NCBI GenBank assembly: GCA_051294905.1
Contig: CM119371.1
Coordinates: forward strand, 16,060,001 to 16,124,000
Source: Botryllus schlosseri
Taxonomy: Eukaryota
DNA length: 64,000 nt
Reading direction: 5' to 3'
Made by a program: the position numbers and the translations under genes. Shown here in pieces: positions 13,396 through 25,490 of this stretch (positions are counted from its first letter, which is position 1; every line of letters begins with the position of its first letter). Below the pieces are notes generated by a model. The model had not been told where the DNA came from and made no database searches. It saw nothing but the letters and a program-made list of their open reading frames with translations.

Positions 13396-15723
13396 TAGGG
13401 TGGAGTGAAAATGACTTTTTTTTTCAAATCGAAAAAAGGGCTTCCTCAATCCTGACAAATGACCTAAAACTTCAATTAAAAGTGACTTCAGGGTATTGCC
13501 CCCATTTTCCTGCCGGCAACCCCCCAATTTCTGCGCGTGGAAGGGGGGGGGGGTAAAATGGCCCATCTCGGCAACCGCTGGTCGTAGAGTCATGATATAT
13601 AGCTTAAAATCTGCGGAAGCATCATGTTTCTATCTGTCTTAAGAAGAAAGTTTTCTCTATTGTGAACACAAAATGAGTTATAGCCAAAAAACAATATATA
13701 CGCACATTTTCGTTGAAATTCAGCATTTATTCTGACGAATTGTGATCTGTCATCAGTTTTTTTGAAAAGAAAAGTAACACACTGACAATACCGAATATTG
13801 GGCCCATAATACAAATATATTCGCAACACAGTCCTTTTAAAATCGGTTCAAAACATCATAATGAAACACTCACATTTAACGACTTATTGAAAATGCATTC
13901 TTGTGTAAAGTTTTTTCATCAGTTTACGAGACTTAATTTTTTGGCGAATGAGGCCGTCTCGTCTTTGAAATCCCGAAACTTGTGCTGATGCTTCTGTTAC
14001 GAGCTTTACATGTCGTTCCACTGTTTGATTGTGGCATGGATGAAACAAAATCAGAGGCTTCTCGCGGCATTCTTCCAGCTCTGCATCAGTTAAGTGCTCA
14101 ATCGCTGGAGGAAGTTGTTGATAAGGTTCAATATCAACCAACTCGTGGTATGCCTTTGCTTCCAAGTTCAACTTTGGGACACAGAATAAACGAATAGGAC
14201 CGCAGTTCAATTGGATGGAACTGCTATGACTCTCAATGTCCATAAGTGAATTTTGTTCAGCGGCATGTTTTCGAATCGCCAGCACCTTGGTCACACCCAA
14301 TTGGAAAAAAACTACGTGGAAGTGTATCATGTTGGCCAGTTACTCAATTCAAAAAGCTCTCGCCACCACTTATGGCCTTTCCAAAGCTCCCATCGGAAAT
14401 TGTGAATGACTTAAGTAAGGACCAGTTATATGCTTATAAATGTGCTGGGCAATTATTCAAGGAAATGCTGATGATGATCTGGCTTATTTGGAGGTTGGAC
14501 CAGTTGTGCATTCAAGATGGCTAACTTTAGGATGCAGTGCAGAGTTTTACGGTATTATGTAACAGTTGTTGAACCGACTTTGAACCTGGAGATTCTGGTT
14601 CGTTTTTGCCTTGAAGTATATTTTCCGACTTGGTTTGAGATCAAGCGAAACAAACATATAACACATGGATCCAGAAACTTCTTCAACTTGATTCAGCAGG
14701 TTATGAATTTCTCTGACCGAAACGTTCGAAAAACTGCTTTGAATGTGGGGATAAAAAACGGTTATTTCGCACATCCCGAAAATATTATGATTGCAATGCT
14801 GGCAGATGATAATGAAGACATACAAAATGAGGGTGTGACCAAGGTGCTTGTGTTTCGAAAACATGCCGCTGAATAAAATTCACTTGTGGACATTGAAAGT
14901 CATAGCAGTTCCAACCAATTGAACTGGGGCCCTATTCGCTTATTCTGTGTCCCAAAGTTGAACTTGGAAGCAAAGGCATACCACGAGTTGGTTGATATTG
15001 AATCTTATCAACAACTTCCTCCAGCGATTGAGCACTTACTGATGCAGAGTTGGAAGAATGCCGCGAGAAGCCTCTGATTTTGTTTCATCCATGCCACAAT
15101 CAAATAGGGAACGACATGTAAAGCTCGTAACAGAAGCATCAGCACAAGTTTCGGGATTTGAAAGACGAGATCGTCTCTCAATTGCCAAAAAATTAAGTCT
15201 CGTAAACTGATGAAAAGATTTGACACAAAAATGCATTTTCAATAAGCCGTTAAATGTGAGTGTTTCATTATGATGTTTTGAACCGATTTTAAAAGGACTG
15301 TGTTGTGAATATATTTTTATTATGGACCAATATTCGGTATTGTCAGTGTGTTACTTTTAGTTGCAAAAAAACTGATGACAGATCACAATTCGTCAGAATA
15401 AATGCTGAATTTCAACAAAAATGTGCGTATATATTGTTTTTTGGCTATAACTCATTTTGTGTTCACAATAGAGAAGACTTTCTTCATAAGACAGATAGAA
15501 ACATGATGCTTCCGCAGATTTTGAGCTATATATCATGACTCTACGACCAGCGGTTGCCGAGATGGGCCATTTTACCCCCCACGCGCAGAAATTGGGGGGT
15601 TGCCGGCAGGAAAATGGGGGCAATACCCTGAAGTCACTTTTAATTGAAGTTTTAGGTCATTTGTCAGGATTGAGGAAGCCCTTTTTTCGATTTGAAAAAA
15701 AAAGTCATTTTCACTCCACCCTA
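13396..15723. mobile_element. Palindromic hATm-like DNA transposon made of two 3' ends
   Basis: TAGGGTGG termini, 8-bp TSD TTCTATAC, and inverted arms of about 900 bp (13396-14298, 14831-15723) that both carry the transposase C-terminus (PCHNQTVERHVKLVTEAS). The spacer holds more upstream transposase sequence (GYFAHPENIMIAMLADD). Confidence 0.88.
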
Positions 15724-16084
15724 TTCTATACGCACTCTGCAAAATAGCCTGGCAGACAGACCATAAAAGCATCAGTTAACACCAACAGCATTCACCAGCT
15801 AATCCTAATTCTGAAATGATCGGTGCAAGTTCCGGTATCAGTCATACAATAGCAACTGTGCAATGTGTGCATGGATAGTACGAAGCTTCTATGACATTTT
15901 AAATGACATTATAATTATTGATTATCGCCGTAGTTGAAACGCCCCCCAGTTAGAGAACCACTGGTGAAGATTGTAGATTGACCATAACAATACCAATGTC
16001 CGACGTTCCTGTTGCTTAATACCTTGCCTTATAAATATGCCAAGGCAATTAAACTTCCGCATGTATTGAAATATCCCTTTACAC

Positions 16085-17462
16085 CAGGGGTTCTCAACCC
16101 GCGGCCCGCGGGCCGCATGCGGCCCGCAGTGGTTTATTTTGCGGCCCGCGACATCCTCCATTATGAACACAATTATTCTACTGGCATTTCATTGTTATAT
16201 ATTAATTCAGTTTCTCAGCTCTCTTATCGCACCGTCTCTGTTTCGTTTGATTATGATAATTCTTTGATGCGTCCCGGTTTCTTGATATATGCTCGGGATT
16301 GGATTCTTATTGTTTTGAATTGGTATTCGGCTCGACTCGAGTTAAAGAGAATTCCGCTGCGTAGTACAGTTTTGAAGAATGTTTCACTCACCGCGTATGG
16401 TTTGAACAGAAACAAGAACAGGTAGCGGGAAATGCAACGGCGAAAACTGGGTTTATAACTCTGCGTGCAACAATGAATTTGCTCTCTCAGATACAAATGG
16501 AAACGCGATGTGTCATATTTGTCGAAAATCAGTTGTCATAATGGTACGTAGAAGCAGAAAATGATACCACGGGAGCTTCTTCTTGATACATATCGGCTAC
16601 TCTTAAGAAAAAAACGTTGCTGGCTAGGTGTCAAGCCCATCAATCCTAATTTTGAGGCACTGTTAAAATTGCCGACGACGTTGAAGACGCAACGTTCAAA
16701 ATTACTTGGAACGGGGCCTACGATATCGTACATCGAAGGCCCGCTTGGAATATCGCTAAACCCAAGAAATCTACCAGACAATTTCAATAAAACTTTAATG
16801 TACTGTGCGAATATTCGCTGTTTCCGGAACTTAGCAGCAAGGACAACATCACCTGACAAATTTAGAAGCTAAATTCAGTTGTGAAATTCAACCGTGGCCA
16901 GGAGAGTAACAACAATCTTTTGACGCATGTTCTGAAACGCGTTGCGGCGCAGAATACTTTAGCCTAGCATTGGACGAAGCCACCGACTCCACAAACATTG
17001 CATAGCTGATTTCGCTCAGAAATGACACCGAACGCCAGACGTCTTCTTATATCACTGAAAACTCAAAGTGATAATGGCCTGACAAACGAAAAAGTTACCA
17101 TAATATTAAGCTTTCTCACTCGAACATTGAAACAAGGGGTTCGGTTCGCTGGTTGAAGGTTTGCACATTGCACGTACCGAGTTGGCAACGAACGCAATGC
17201 ACGCTCCATGGAGAGATTCACTTGCGCCGCTGAAATATGACATATTCTCACAAGAGACAGCAACTGCAAACTCACGAAGGCTGTCCATTAAGGCTTTAGA
17301 ATTCATAAAAATCTTCTAATGCCGGTATACGACTGGTAAATAGGCTGCAAAAGCCTAAATTTAATAGTAGCCCACAAATGCACGGTAATAATGGTCTGCG
17401 GCCCGCGACGTTTTTTGCTGTTAAAATGTGGCCCGTGATACAAGGGAAGTTGAGAACCCCTG
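16085..17462 (+). mobile_element. Internally deleted Buster-type hAT derivative
   Basis: TIR CAGGGGTTCTCAAC, TSD CTTTACAC, and residual transposase motif FSLALDEATD. Confidence 0.88.
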
Positions 17463-18109
17463 CTTTACACTATACCACGTAAATTATGAACAAAGCACTA
17501 ATCAGTAATAAAAAAAAGGTCATAGCATGGACACTGTCGATTGCGGAAAATTCGATTAACACAAAACATGTTTGCACGTACAGACAAACCCAACTGGTCA
17601 TTCGCAATTGCATGACTAATAATCTCATACGTAGGTAGGCTACAACGCTACGGATAATTCAACGCATTTTCGTCGATGTGGTCTCAAGTAGTATTGCACG
17701 AAGACTGATTTAAAGTTTGGAATTTCACTATCACAAAAAATCAACATGGACTTGCAGCATATCAAGATTACCTTCTGCACTAGATCTTGGGATTCAACTA
17801 CTGTAGTTTACGCTGTACGCATTTTACCCATCTCCTAGTTTTTGTCAGGAGTCAGAGTCACGTGTTTAAATCGACTGTGCAATGGTTAATAAATAGGATT
17901 TGTATCAAATCTCGATACAAAACTGTATGTATACACGTCTTTTGCGGTATGTCACACAGGAATGTACAAATTGTACGGGAAAATAAAACTTATTTCGCAA
18001 ACATTGCAGCTGTAATATTCGCAATAAAGACAAATGCCACATCCTGTAACATCACGGGAACATCTGACTTATAACAATGGACATATACGAGGAATTTGCT
18101 TATTGCAAC

Positions 18110-18530
18110 AGCATTAACGATTGGGGAGATTGATCTTGTTAATTTCATATTAGATTAGCCGATACATCTAGTTCAATGGACATACGATGGTATCAAATCA
18201 TCATTTGACTATACGGGTTGTTGATGGTCCTTGATTTCTAGATCCATAGGCACAAAAACGTTGCTTTGTACTCAAGTTTAAACGTAGTTTGAAAACGGAT
18301 TTTGAATTACGATTCAAAAGTAGGTTTGTGTTCATAGCAAGTCAGTGTGTACGGACTGCAATACCCATATCCCATATTTATAATCCCTTCTATCTATTAC
18401 GCATAACAGACATGATTGCCGGTCTCTGTGTCATCTGATAGCAAATACTTTCCGTTTGTATAGTTTTAGGAGTGGGTCGTTAACTGATCACTATTTATAG
18501 TAATGAAGCTCTAATTATCGAAGAAATCAT
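18110..18530 (+). pseudogene. Possible degraded von Willebrand A (vWA) domain exons
   Basis: EIDLVNFILADTSSSM (DxSxS MIDAS-like, restored by removing a 5-nt ATTAG duplication) after an AG, and VGR*LITIYSNEA after TTTTAG. Both pieces contain stops or frameshifts. Confidence 0.3.
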
Positions 18531-19984
18531 ACCGGAAGCAAATTAGCTGATAGTATGGGTGCCACGATCCGAGGACTTCAGATTCAAGCAGAGTCGCTGC
18601 AGCGGTTGAACAAACGGGCTCGTATAAAATAGTCTGCGCTTCAAGTCAAGCGCGTAGCAGGCGGCAACGTATTATCAGCAAGGAAAAAATGTAAAATTGA
18701 GTACGATGTAAAAATATAAAAAGATTGAAAAATAATTGATCGATCCCGGAATATTTACATCCCGCCGCCACCGAAGGCCGGGTTTTCGAAGGTCGCCGAC
18801 GGGTTGACAAATACCGGGTTAATGTCCTGCGAAATGAAAAGACCCAAGTCAAATAATGAAACGATGACTGTCCCATGCTCCAAAGTATATGATAACAACA
18901 TGCCGATCGTTCGGGATATCAGCCCCGCTTCGTACTTTACACAATACTCCACAGCACAACACCAAATCATAAAAAAACTGCAAGCCGTTTCTCAGGCATG
19001 CGGATTGTAGTAACATCACAAGACACCGGCTAATCAAAGCAACACCAAAACCAAGCCGTATCAAACGCGTTTCCTCGAATCGAACCAAGCCAGGGGTCCT
19101 CGATCAGAACGAACTTTGATTTGATACGAACTGAAAATAATTTTAGTTGTTTCTTTGCGATTCGGAATATAATTCAATTTTTGAGTTTTTGCGGATGCCA
19201 CGATCCTAATTCTAATCTAATTCGGAAAAGCGTTAAGGAAAGTTGGTACTGAAGTATAATACTCAATAGTCATCGTAGACCCCGTACTGAGGATCAAGAA
19301 CAGTGCATTTTGTTTTTGAAACATACCCGTAAATAGAGTTTCATACCGTGATGGTTGAGGAAAACATTTAGTATTTTCTATCTAGTTTTTTTCCTCCTTT
19401 GATGCAGATGCGTTCGGTAACGAAGTGCTCATATTGCCTAATTTCACTGAGTACTCGTGTGGTTATGCTTTAGACCAGTGATTCTCAACCGCGGCTCTCC
19501 GAGCCGCATGCGGCTCTCGACTGCTCTCCGTGCGGCTCTCACTAACGATGTGAAATCATTGATGCTTCTACGGAAATTCTAATTATTCATGATCATAAAT
19601 AAATCGCGCCTTCAACACAACAAATGTACGTTTATGTTCACGTTTACTGACGCGAAGGTCATTCCCTGATCACAATAGAATCCTACGTAATACAAGTTGT
19701 ACGGGTTGTGACGTAACATTACCGATAGTAATTTCGGTAGGCTTTAAATCCGAACCTTTACTGCTTTACTGAAGGCTCTGACCGTCTGACCTAAGCCTAA
19801 TCAGGTGTCTGTAATGAGACGGGCGAAGTTTATTTCGCTCGAGACGGCGGCTCATATTAGAATACGGGTGACAAGAGACTCGGTCAATAAGACAATCAAC
19901 GTTTGGGGTAACTGCAGGTACTTTATTTTCTTACTCTTTGCTTTGATCTTGATAGCGTTAGAAAATATCGGAGACTTTGGTTCA

Positions 19985-21757
19985 ATGATAATGTCAGGTT
20001 CAGATCAACCTGCAAAGAAATCTCGCACCCTTGTGCAAGAAAATCGGGCCTTTCAAAGTGAATGGGAAGAGGCGTATTTTCAAATTGAGGAAAACGGCAA
20101 AGCGAAATGCCTTCTGTGCCCTATAATAATAAACGGTGTAAAATCTTTCAACGTTAAGAGGCATTATAAAACACATGCGGGAAAATACGACGTCTATCAA
20201 GGTGAATCAAGGAAACGGAAGTTAGAATGTCTGAAAGCAGAGCGTAGCAAACAAGGAAAAATGTTTTTTAAAAAAAAAGAACCCGAAGAGGTAACAATAA
20301 CATCATATAAGATCAGTCATCTATTGGCCAGCAATATGAAGCCATATTCTGATGGCGAAATTACGAAGCAGGCTATTGTTTTGTTTACCGAAGACAATTG
20401 TTCTCCTGCCATTCAGCAGAAAGCTAAAAAATTGCAGCTTAGCAATGATACAGTAACGCGTCGTGTCGATTGCATATCCCAAGATCTGCATGAGCAACTT
20501 ATTCACAAGTCGCAAGATTTTTCTTACTACTCGCTTGCTCTTGACAGCACTAACGACATTACCGACATAGAGCAATTAGCTGTATTCATCCGGGGAGTCA
20601 TGCCAGATTTCAAGATTTGCGAGGAGTTTCTTACTTTGCGATCTATTCATGGCACAACGAAGGGAACCGACATGTTTCGTGAATTTCATGCTACTCTTCA
20701 AGAAGCGCATTTAGACCCATCGAAATTATATTCATTGGCGACAGATGGCTGCCCAGCAATGCTCGGCAAAAATCTAGGTCTTCAAGGACTCGTCAACAAA
20801 TGGCGTGCTGAACAGAATCTTGACGCTGTGACTTGGCAACACTGCATTATACACCAGGAAAGTCTTGTTGCTAAATCATTAAAGATGTCCAATGTGACAG
20901 ATATAGTAATATCGACCGTAAATTGGATTCGAGCAAACGCACTTAACCATCGAAAATTCAAGGCTTTTCTCACCGATATTGATGCTGACCATGGAGACTT
21001 GATCATGTTCACCGCTGTACGATGGCTAAGCCGAGCTGCATGCCTCAAAAGATTTTACGCGCTACTTCCTGAGATTAAAATATTTGTCGAAGGAAAGAAA
21101 GACATCCCTCAGTTGGGAAACGAACACTGGGTTGCTGACTTGGCGTTCATGGTGGATATTACCTCACACCTGTCGTCACTAAATCGGAACTTACAAGGAA
21201 ATAACAAGCTCTGTCACGCCTGGTACGGGACAGTGTCTGGTTTCATTGAGAAATTGTGTCTTTGGAGAAAGCACCTAGAGGAGGGTGTTACGACACATTT
21301 TGTAACGCTTTCAAACCACCGACAGAATGGATCATTCAAAACATATGACCAGGTTATTAGTACCTTGATTGACGGGTTTAAACGTCGAATAGAGGGAATG
21401 CATCATTCCGTACCCCTGATGAATATATTTTCAAACCCAATGGCAGTAGATGCCGCCACTGCCCCTGATATTTTTCAGATGGAACTGCTGGACTTGCAGT
21501 CCGATATAGAATTGCGACTGTTGTTTCAAAGCAATGGACTCCTTGAATTTTGGGGTGCTGTTCCTGAAGAAAAATACCCCAACCTGATAGCTAACGCATC
21601 GAAGAATGCCTGCATGTTCGGTTCAACCTATGTATGTGAAGCCCTTTTCAGCAAATTAGTGAGGATCAAAAGCAAATATCGCAACCGATTGACTGATCGT
21701 CATCTGAAACAGCTCTTGTGCACATGCAGCTTCCTCCACGATGAAACCTCGTTATGA
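19985..21757 (+). CDS. hAT transposase (GTF2IRD2/Buster-like); native C-terminus probably ends at 21800 via a frameshift
   Basis: BED-type CLLC..H..H, catalytic LALDST, ATDGCPAM and STYVCEALFS, plus CIIH and VRWLS motifs. First in-frame ATG at 19985. Confidence 0.93.
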   Translation: MIMSGSDQPAKKSRTLVQENRAFQSEWEEAYFQIEENGKAKCLLCPIIINGVKSFNVKRHYKTHAGKYDVYQGESRKRKLECLKAERSKQGKMFFKKKEPEEVTITSYKISHLLASNMKPYSDGEITKQAIVLFTEDNCSPAIQQKAKKLQLSNDTVTRRVDCISQDLHEQLIHKSQDFSYYSLALDSTNDITDIEQLAVFIRGVMPDFKICEEFLTLRSIHGTTKGTDMFREFHATLQEAHLDPSKLYSLATDGCPAMLGKNLGLQGLVNKWRAEQNLDAVTWQHCIIHQESLVAKSLKMSNVTDIVISTVNWIRANALNHRKFKAFLTDIDADHGDLIMFTAVRWLSRAACLKRFYALLPEIKIFVEGKKDIPQLGNEHWVADLAFMVDITSHLSSLNRNLQGNNKLCHAWYGTVSGFIEKLCLWRKHLEEGVTTHFVTLSNHRQNGSFKTYDQVISTLIDGFKRRIEGMHHSVPLMNIFSNPMAVDAATAPDIFQMELLDLQSDIELRLLFQSNGLLEFWGAVPEEKYPNLIANASKNACMFGSTYVCEALFSKLVRIKSKYRNRLTDRHLKQLLCTCSFLHDETSL

Positions 21758-21806
21758 CAAACTTGTGAAAAATCAAATTCAATTTCAAGTTTCGCACTAA
21801 GTTGCA

Positions 21807-21950
21807 AAATAGATAGTGATCACCACAGATTTAGCGTCACGCCTTGTTCATCCAAACTCAATTCACATGCTCTCGGAACTCAGAAAGATTGTGGATTAAG
21901 TCTCAATAAACATGTTGTGACGCTAAATCTGTGGTGATCACTATCTATTT
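21807..21950. repeat. Perfect 34-bp inverted repeat with a 76-nt loop
   Basis: 21807-21840 is the exact reverse complement of 21917-21950. Confidence 0.95.
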
Positions 21951-22119
21951 ACTATCTGGAAGAATGTAAATTGTAAATCATCCGCAATCGGCTTCAACGG
22001 TGAAGGGTATACCTCGGTATACCATCGGTGAAGGGACGTGGCTGGGTAACGTCGTTTCGGAAGTTGTCCGTATGGGGAGTGCCCGCTGTCACAGTGTCGT
22101 CTGGGGAAATTGTCGTATT

Positions 22120-22240
22120 TGTTTTGGCCGTCGCTGTTTGAGCCAATCGCGGTTTTGGCCGTCGCTGTTATGGCCGTCGCTGTTGTGGCCAGTCGGTGTT
22201 TTGGCCGTCGCTATTAAGGCCGTCGCTATTTTAGCCGTAC
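22120..22240. repeat. 15-bp tandem repeat (TTGGCCGTCGCTGTT-like, about 8 units) inside the hAT 3' region
   Basis: Repeated GGCCGTCGCT cores at 15-bp spacing. Confidence 0.8.
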
Positions 22241-24006
22241 ACCATTTCGTTGATACCATTTTTGATGATATTTTTCTATTCTCAATAAATTACGTTATTC
22301 GTGCCATCATGCGGCTCCCGACAGAGTTGAGGTTCATAAAATGGCTCCCACAGTGAAAAAGCTTGAGAACCACTGCTTTAGACTTAACTAGACACTTCTA
22401 CTTGACAGTCTATTGGGAAAAATATCGAGCTTTTAAATTTGGGAATGTGAAAAGTCGAACATATAATTCAGGGCCGAGATAGCCACACTTTTATGAGTGA
22501 AATTATCATAAGGACCGAGCGAAATTGCCAACGATATCGCGATAACTGAATATAGTTAGGCGAATCGCACCTACTTGTAGTGTGATTAATCATTTTGCGT
22601 TAGTCATCAACTATCACCTAATGCAGGGCTGGAAAGATACGGCCCGCGACGGAATTTGAGCGGCCCGCCGACAGTCTCCGATCTTACATATGGTAATGAT
22701 GGTAAAGATAGTTCTTTGTTTCCTTTGTGTTTTTTGACTCCTCGTTTTCTGTTTTAGTCACGTGACAAGCATGTTATGTTAGTCTTATACCTTGGCTCAA
22801 GCCGGAAAATATGCCTTGGTGAAATTTGCGCTAATTAGCGGGACAATTAAAGGCGAACGGGCACTAATAACAGTGATTGTTAGTTGGCGTCACTGAATTA
22901 ATCCAAGTTCGCCCACTTGAGAAAGATGGCCACGAAATTACTGTTTTTGTTCGGGTTTACATACGTTTTTGAGCAAACATTTTCGGCCATTAACATTAAC
23001 AAGACAAATCTGCGTTCAAATCTGAGATCGACCCGCTGACAAGCTAATCTGTGATGAGTTGCAGAATTTATGAACCAACAAATGAACCGCAGCCATAACT
23101 TTTGTAATGACAGGCCAGTAAATGTCAACGTGGGCTTATAGACGGAACATTTGCCTTCAGTTGACAATTCTTTACCGGATATTTTCATTTCTTACGCCAT
23201 TATTGACCGTGGTGCAAAAGAGCAACAGGTGATAAGAGCCAATTTTTTTCTTTTAACAAGCAACAACAACAACCTACACGCTTCATCCAGCTAATCTTAA
23301 TTCAGACACAACATAGATCAGGGTAAATAAATATATCTTCAAAGATGGGTTGTTACGAAGTCTCAAAGTCCCGAGGCATAAGGTCATCGTACTTTTATAA
23401 CCGATTTCAAGTTGGGGTGCAAAGGGTCAAGTTCGGGTCGTAATGTTGAGACTCGAGTCCGAGTCATAATCGTGTTGTTTATTACTGTTCCGTATGGACT
23501 TCAAGTAGTGTTCAACTCATCTTTCACAACTCTTTGGTGACATCAAAGCGTCGCATTCATAATGTACTCTTGTGCTTTTACTCGTTGCTTCTACTTCTAC
23601 TTGAGTGCTAGCAATGAATATTTCGAAGATCGAGTCATATCACTGGATTTAGTCGTGCGCAATTGTTCAATTACAAGTCGGAGAAACATACACAAAGTCA
23701 TGCAATTCGAGGCGACCCATTTTCCATATTTAAGAAAGAGTCAAAAAAATTTGCGTCAAGTCGAGTCGCCTAAAAATTGCAACGCAACCCTGATGTGAAG
23801 ATCGCACCTGTTTGTTTAAATGTCATCATTAGTGCTTTTATGTCAGCCGCGGAAACGCGTATTGGAATTTCGAACGTAGTCACGACAGATTTATTACTAA
23901 AAGTCTTTGCGACCCCTAAACCAAATTTAGTTTTCGACACTATTTAGGCCTATACCTGATCCCCTTTCTGGCCTTTCATTTCCTGCTTTCGGTGTAGCTT
24001 CTAAAT

Positions 24007-24725
24007 CAGGGCTGGCCAACCTTTTCAGCCAAAGGGCCACATTCGATTGACGAACTGTTGCGCGGGCAACTACCCGCGCTAAGCGCGAACATTTTTTGAA
24101 GTTCACAGGTCAATAATATTGTCACCTGGCTATATTGCGGGCCTGCTGTATATCGCTGGGCTCAGTTTGCAAGGACTGGGCTATTGGCGTCTTGACATAT
24201 CGATATCGAAAGTTTCGACAAACATGTGTCAATCATTTTGTGCCTAGGTTTCATAGTCGACGGTCTTTCTGCGAGCGCAAACGCAAAGTCGCGTTGAACG
24301 ACACTCTGTCTCGTAATCGCGAATATACTTGGATTCAATCTGATACATTAGGCGTTCTTTCATATTCACGAAGGGGCAACAATATTAAAAGCAAGAAATC
24401 GAGTGACAACATGTTGCGCGAAGCGTGTGGAAAATTTTGACTTCTGATAAATCTATCGCAAATTATTCTGCTTTATCGTAGTGTAGGAAGATCTACCAAT
24501 ATGTGACTGGCTCATGGATCTGCCAATGCGTCGGAACTGATGTTTTAGTCATCACATCTCAAGTGTTGCGGCCAGACTAATCAAATTTTTGGTTGGCCTC
24601 ACAAGTTCACAATCTGTGCAATTCATTTTTGATAACAATGGAAATTTCGGAAATTACTTCGCGGGCCACTCAAAACCTTCTCGCGGGCCACATGTGGCCC
24701 GCGGGCCACGGGTTGGCCGGCCCTG
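24007..24725. mobile_element. hAT MITE
   Basis: TIR CAGGGC(T/C)GGCCAACC and perfect TSD TTCTAAAT. Confidence 0.9.
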
Positions 24726-25490
24726 TTCTAAATACATGGCAAATATAGCTACTTCCACGTGTAATGACGTTGAAAATTTTGGCATTACCACTATCATCTA
24801 TGCTTGCGACCTCTTGCAATATGAAATTGATATTGTGGCACCGCCTTCTGAGTCTTTTAAATAGAGTTCAAGTCCTGATAATGTTTTCCCAATCCTGACT
24901 ACAACACGTGAAATGTCAAGCAAGTGCGAAAACAGTAAAAGCAAGGGAAGGAAATTGGTAAAATCACCCACTTAAGTCTACCAGAAACACTAATGTACTT
25001 TTCTATAGTTATTACCCTGATATCTAACATTATTCCGTGCTCTCAAGCAACGGAGGGAAAATATTATAGCGACCAAACAGCTGAAACACACGGACATGTT
25101 AGAATTTCGTGAATATATTCATGTATATTTTGCCAATTATCCCCATTTAAACCTCAATCGCTCCAGACCGAAGTTAATTAGAGACCGACTGGCACACCAG
25201 TTCAGCTTGTTACTTCTTTACGTGCCGCAGGTTGCGCAGTCCATATTTTATTTTCTATTTTACTCGTTTAGAACGCGATCACATGTCTTTCGAAGTCTTA
25301 ATATATGTTATTTCCTGCGTTTACTACTGACCTCTTACGTTTTCGACTTGATATACTTAAAAGACTGTACTATAGGCACCTGAGAGATTCACCGCCAAGG
25401 ATTGTAAATTCTAAGAAGTTATACCATAGTTGTAGAACCTATGACAACGGGTTTCCCAGCTTTACTCTGAACAACGGGCCTACTTGTGAT

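Larger units (their letters stand above)
19476..22375 (+). mobile_element. Full-length hAT transposon, Buster/Charlie/SPIN group
   Basis: TIRs CAGTGATTCTCAA / TTGAGAACCACTG, perfect 8-bp TSD CTTTAGAC (19468-19475, 22376-22383), internal transposase ORF. Confidence 0.95.

Noticed and set aside
19805..19984. N-terminal extension of the 650-aa transposase ORF
   Set aside because: It starts at GTG in a eukaryote and precedes the homologous region, so ATG 19985 or 19991 is the more plausible start.
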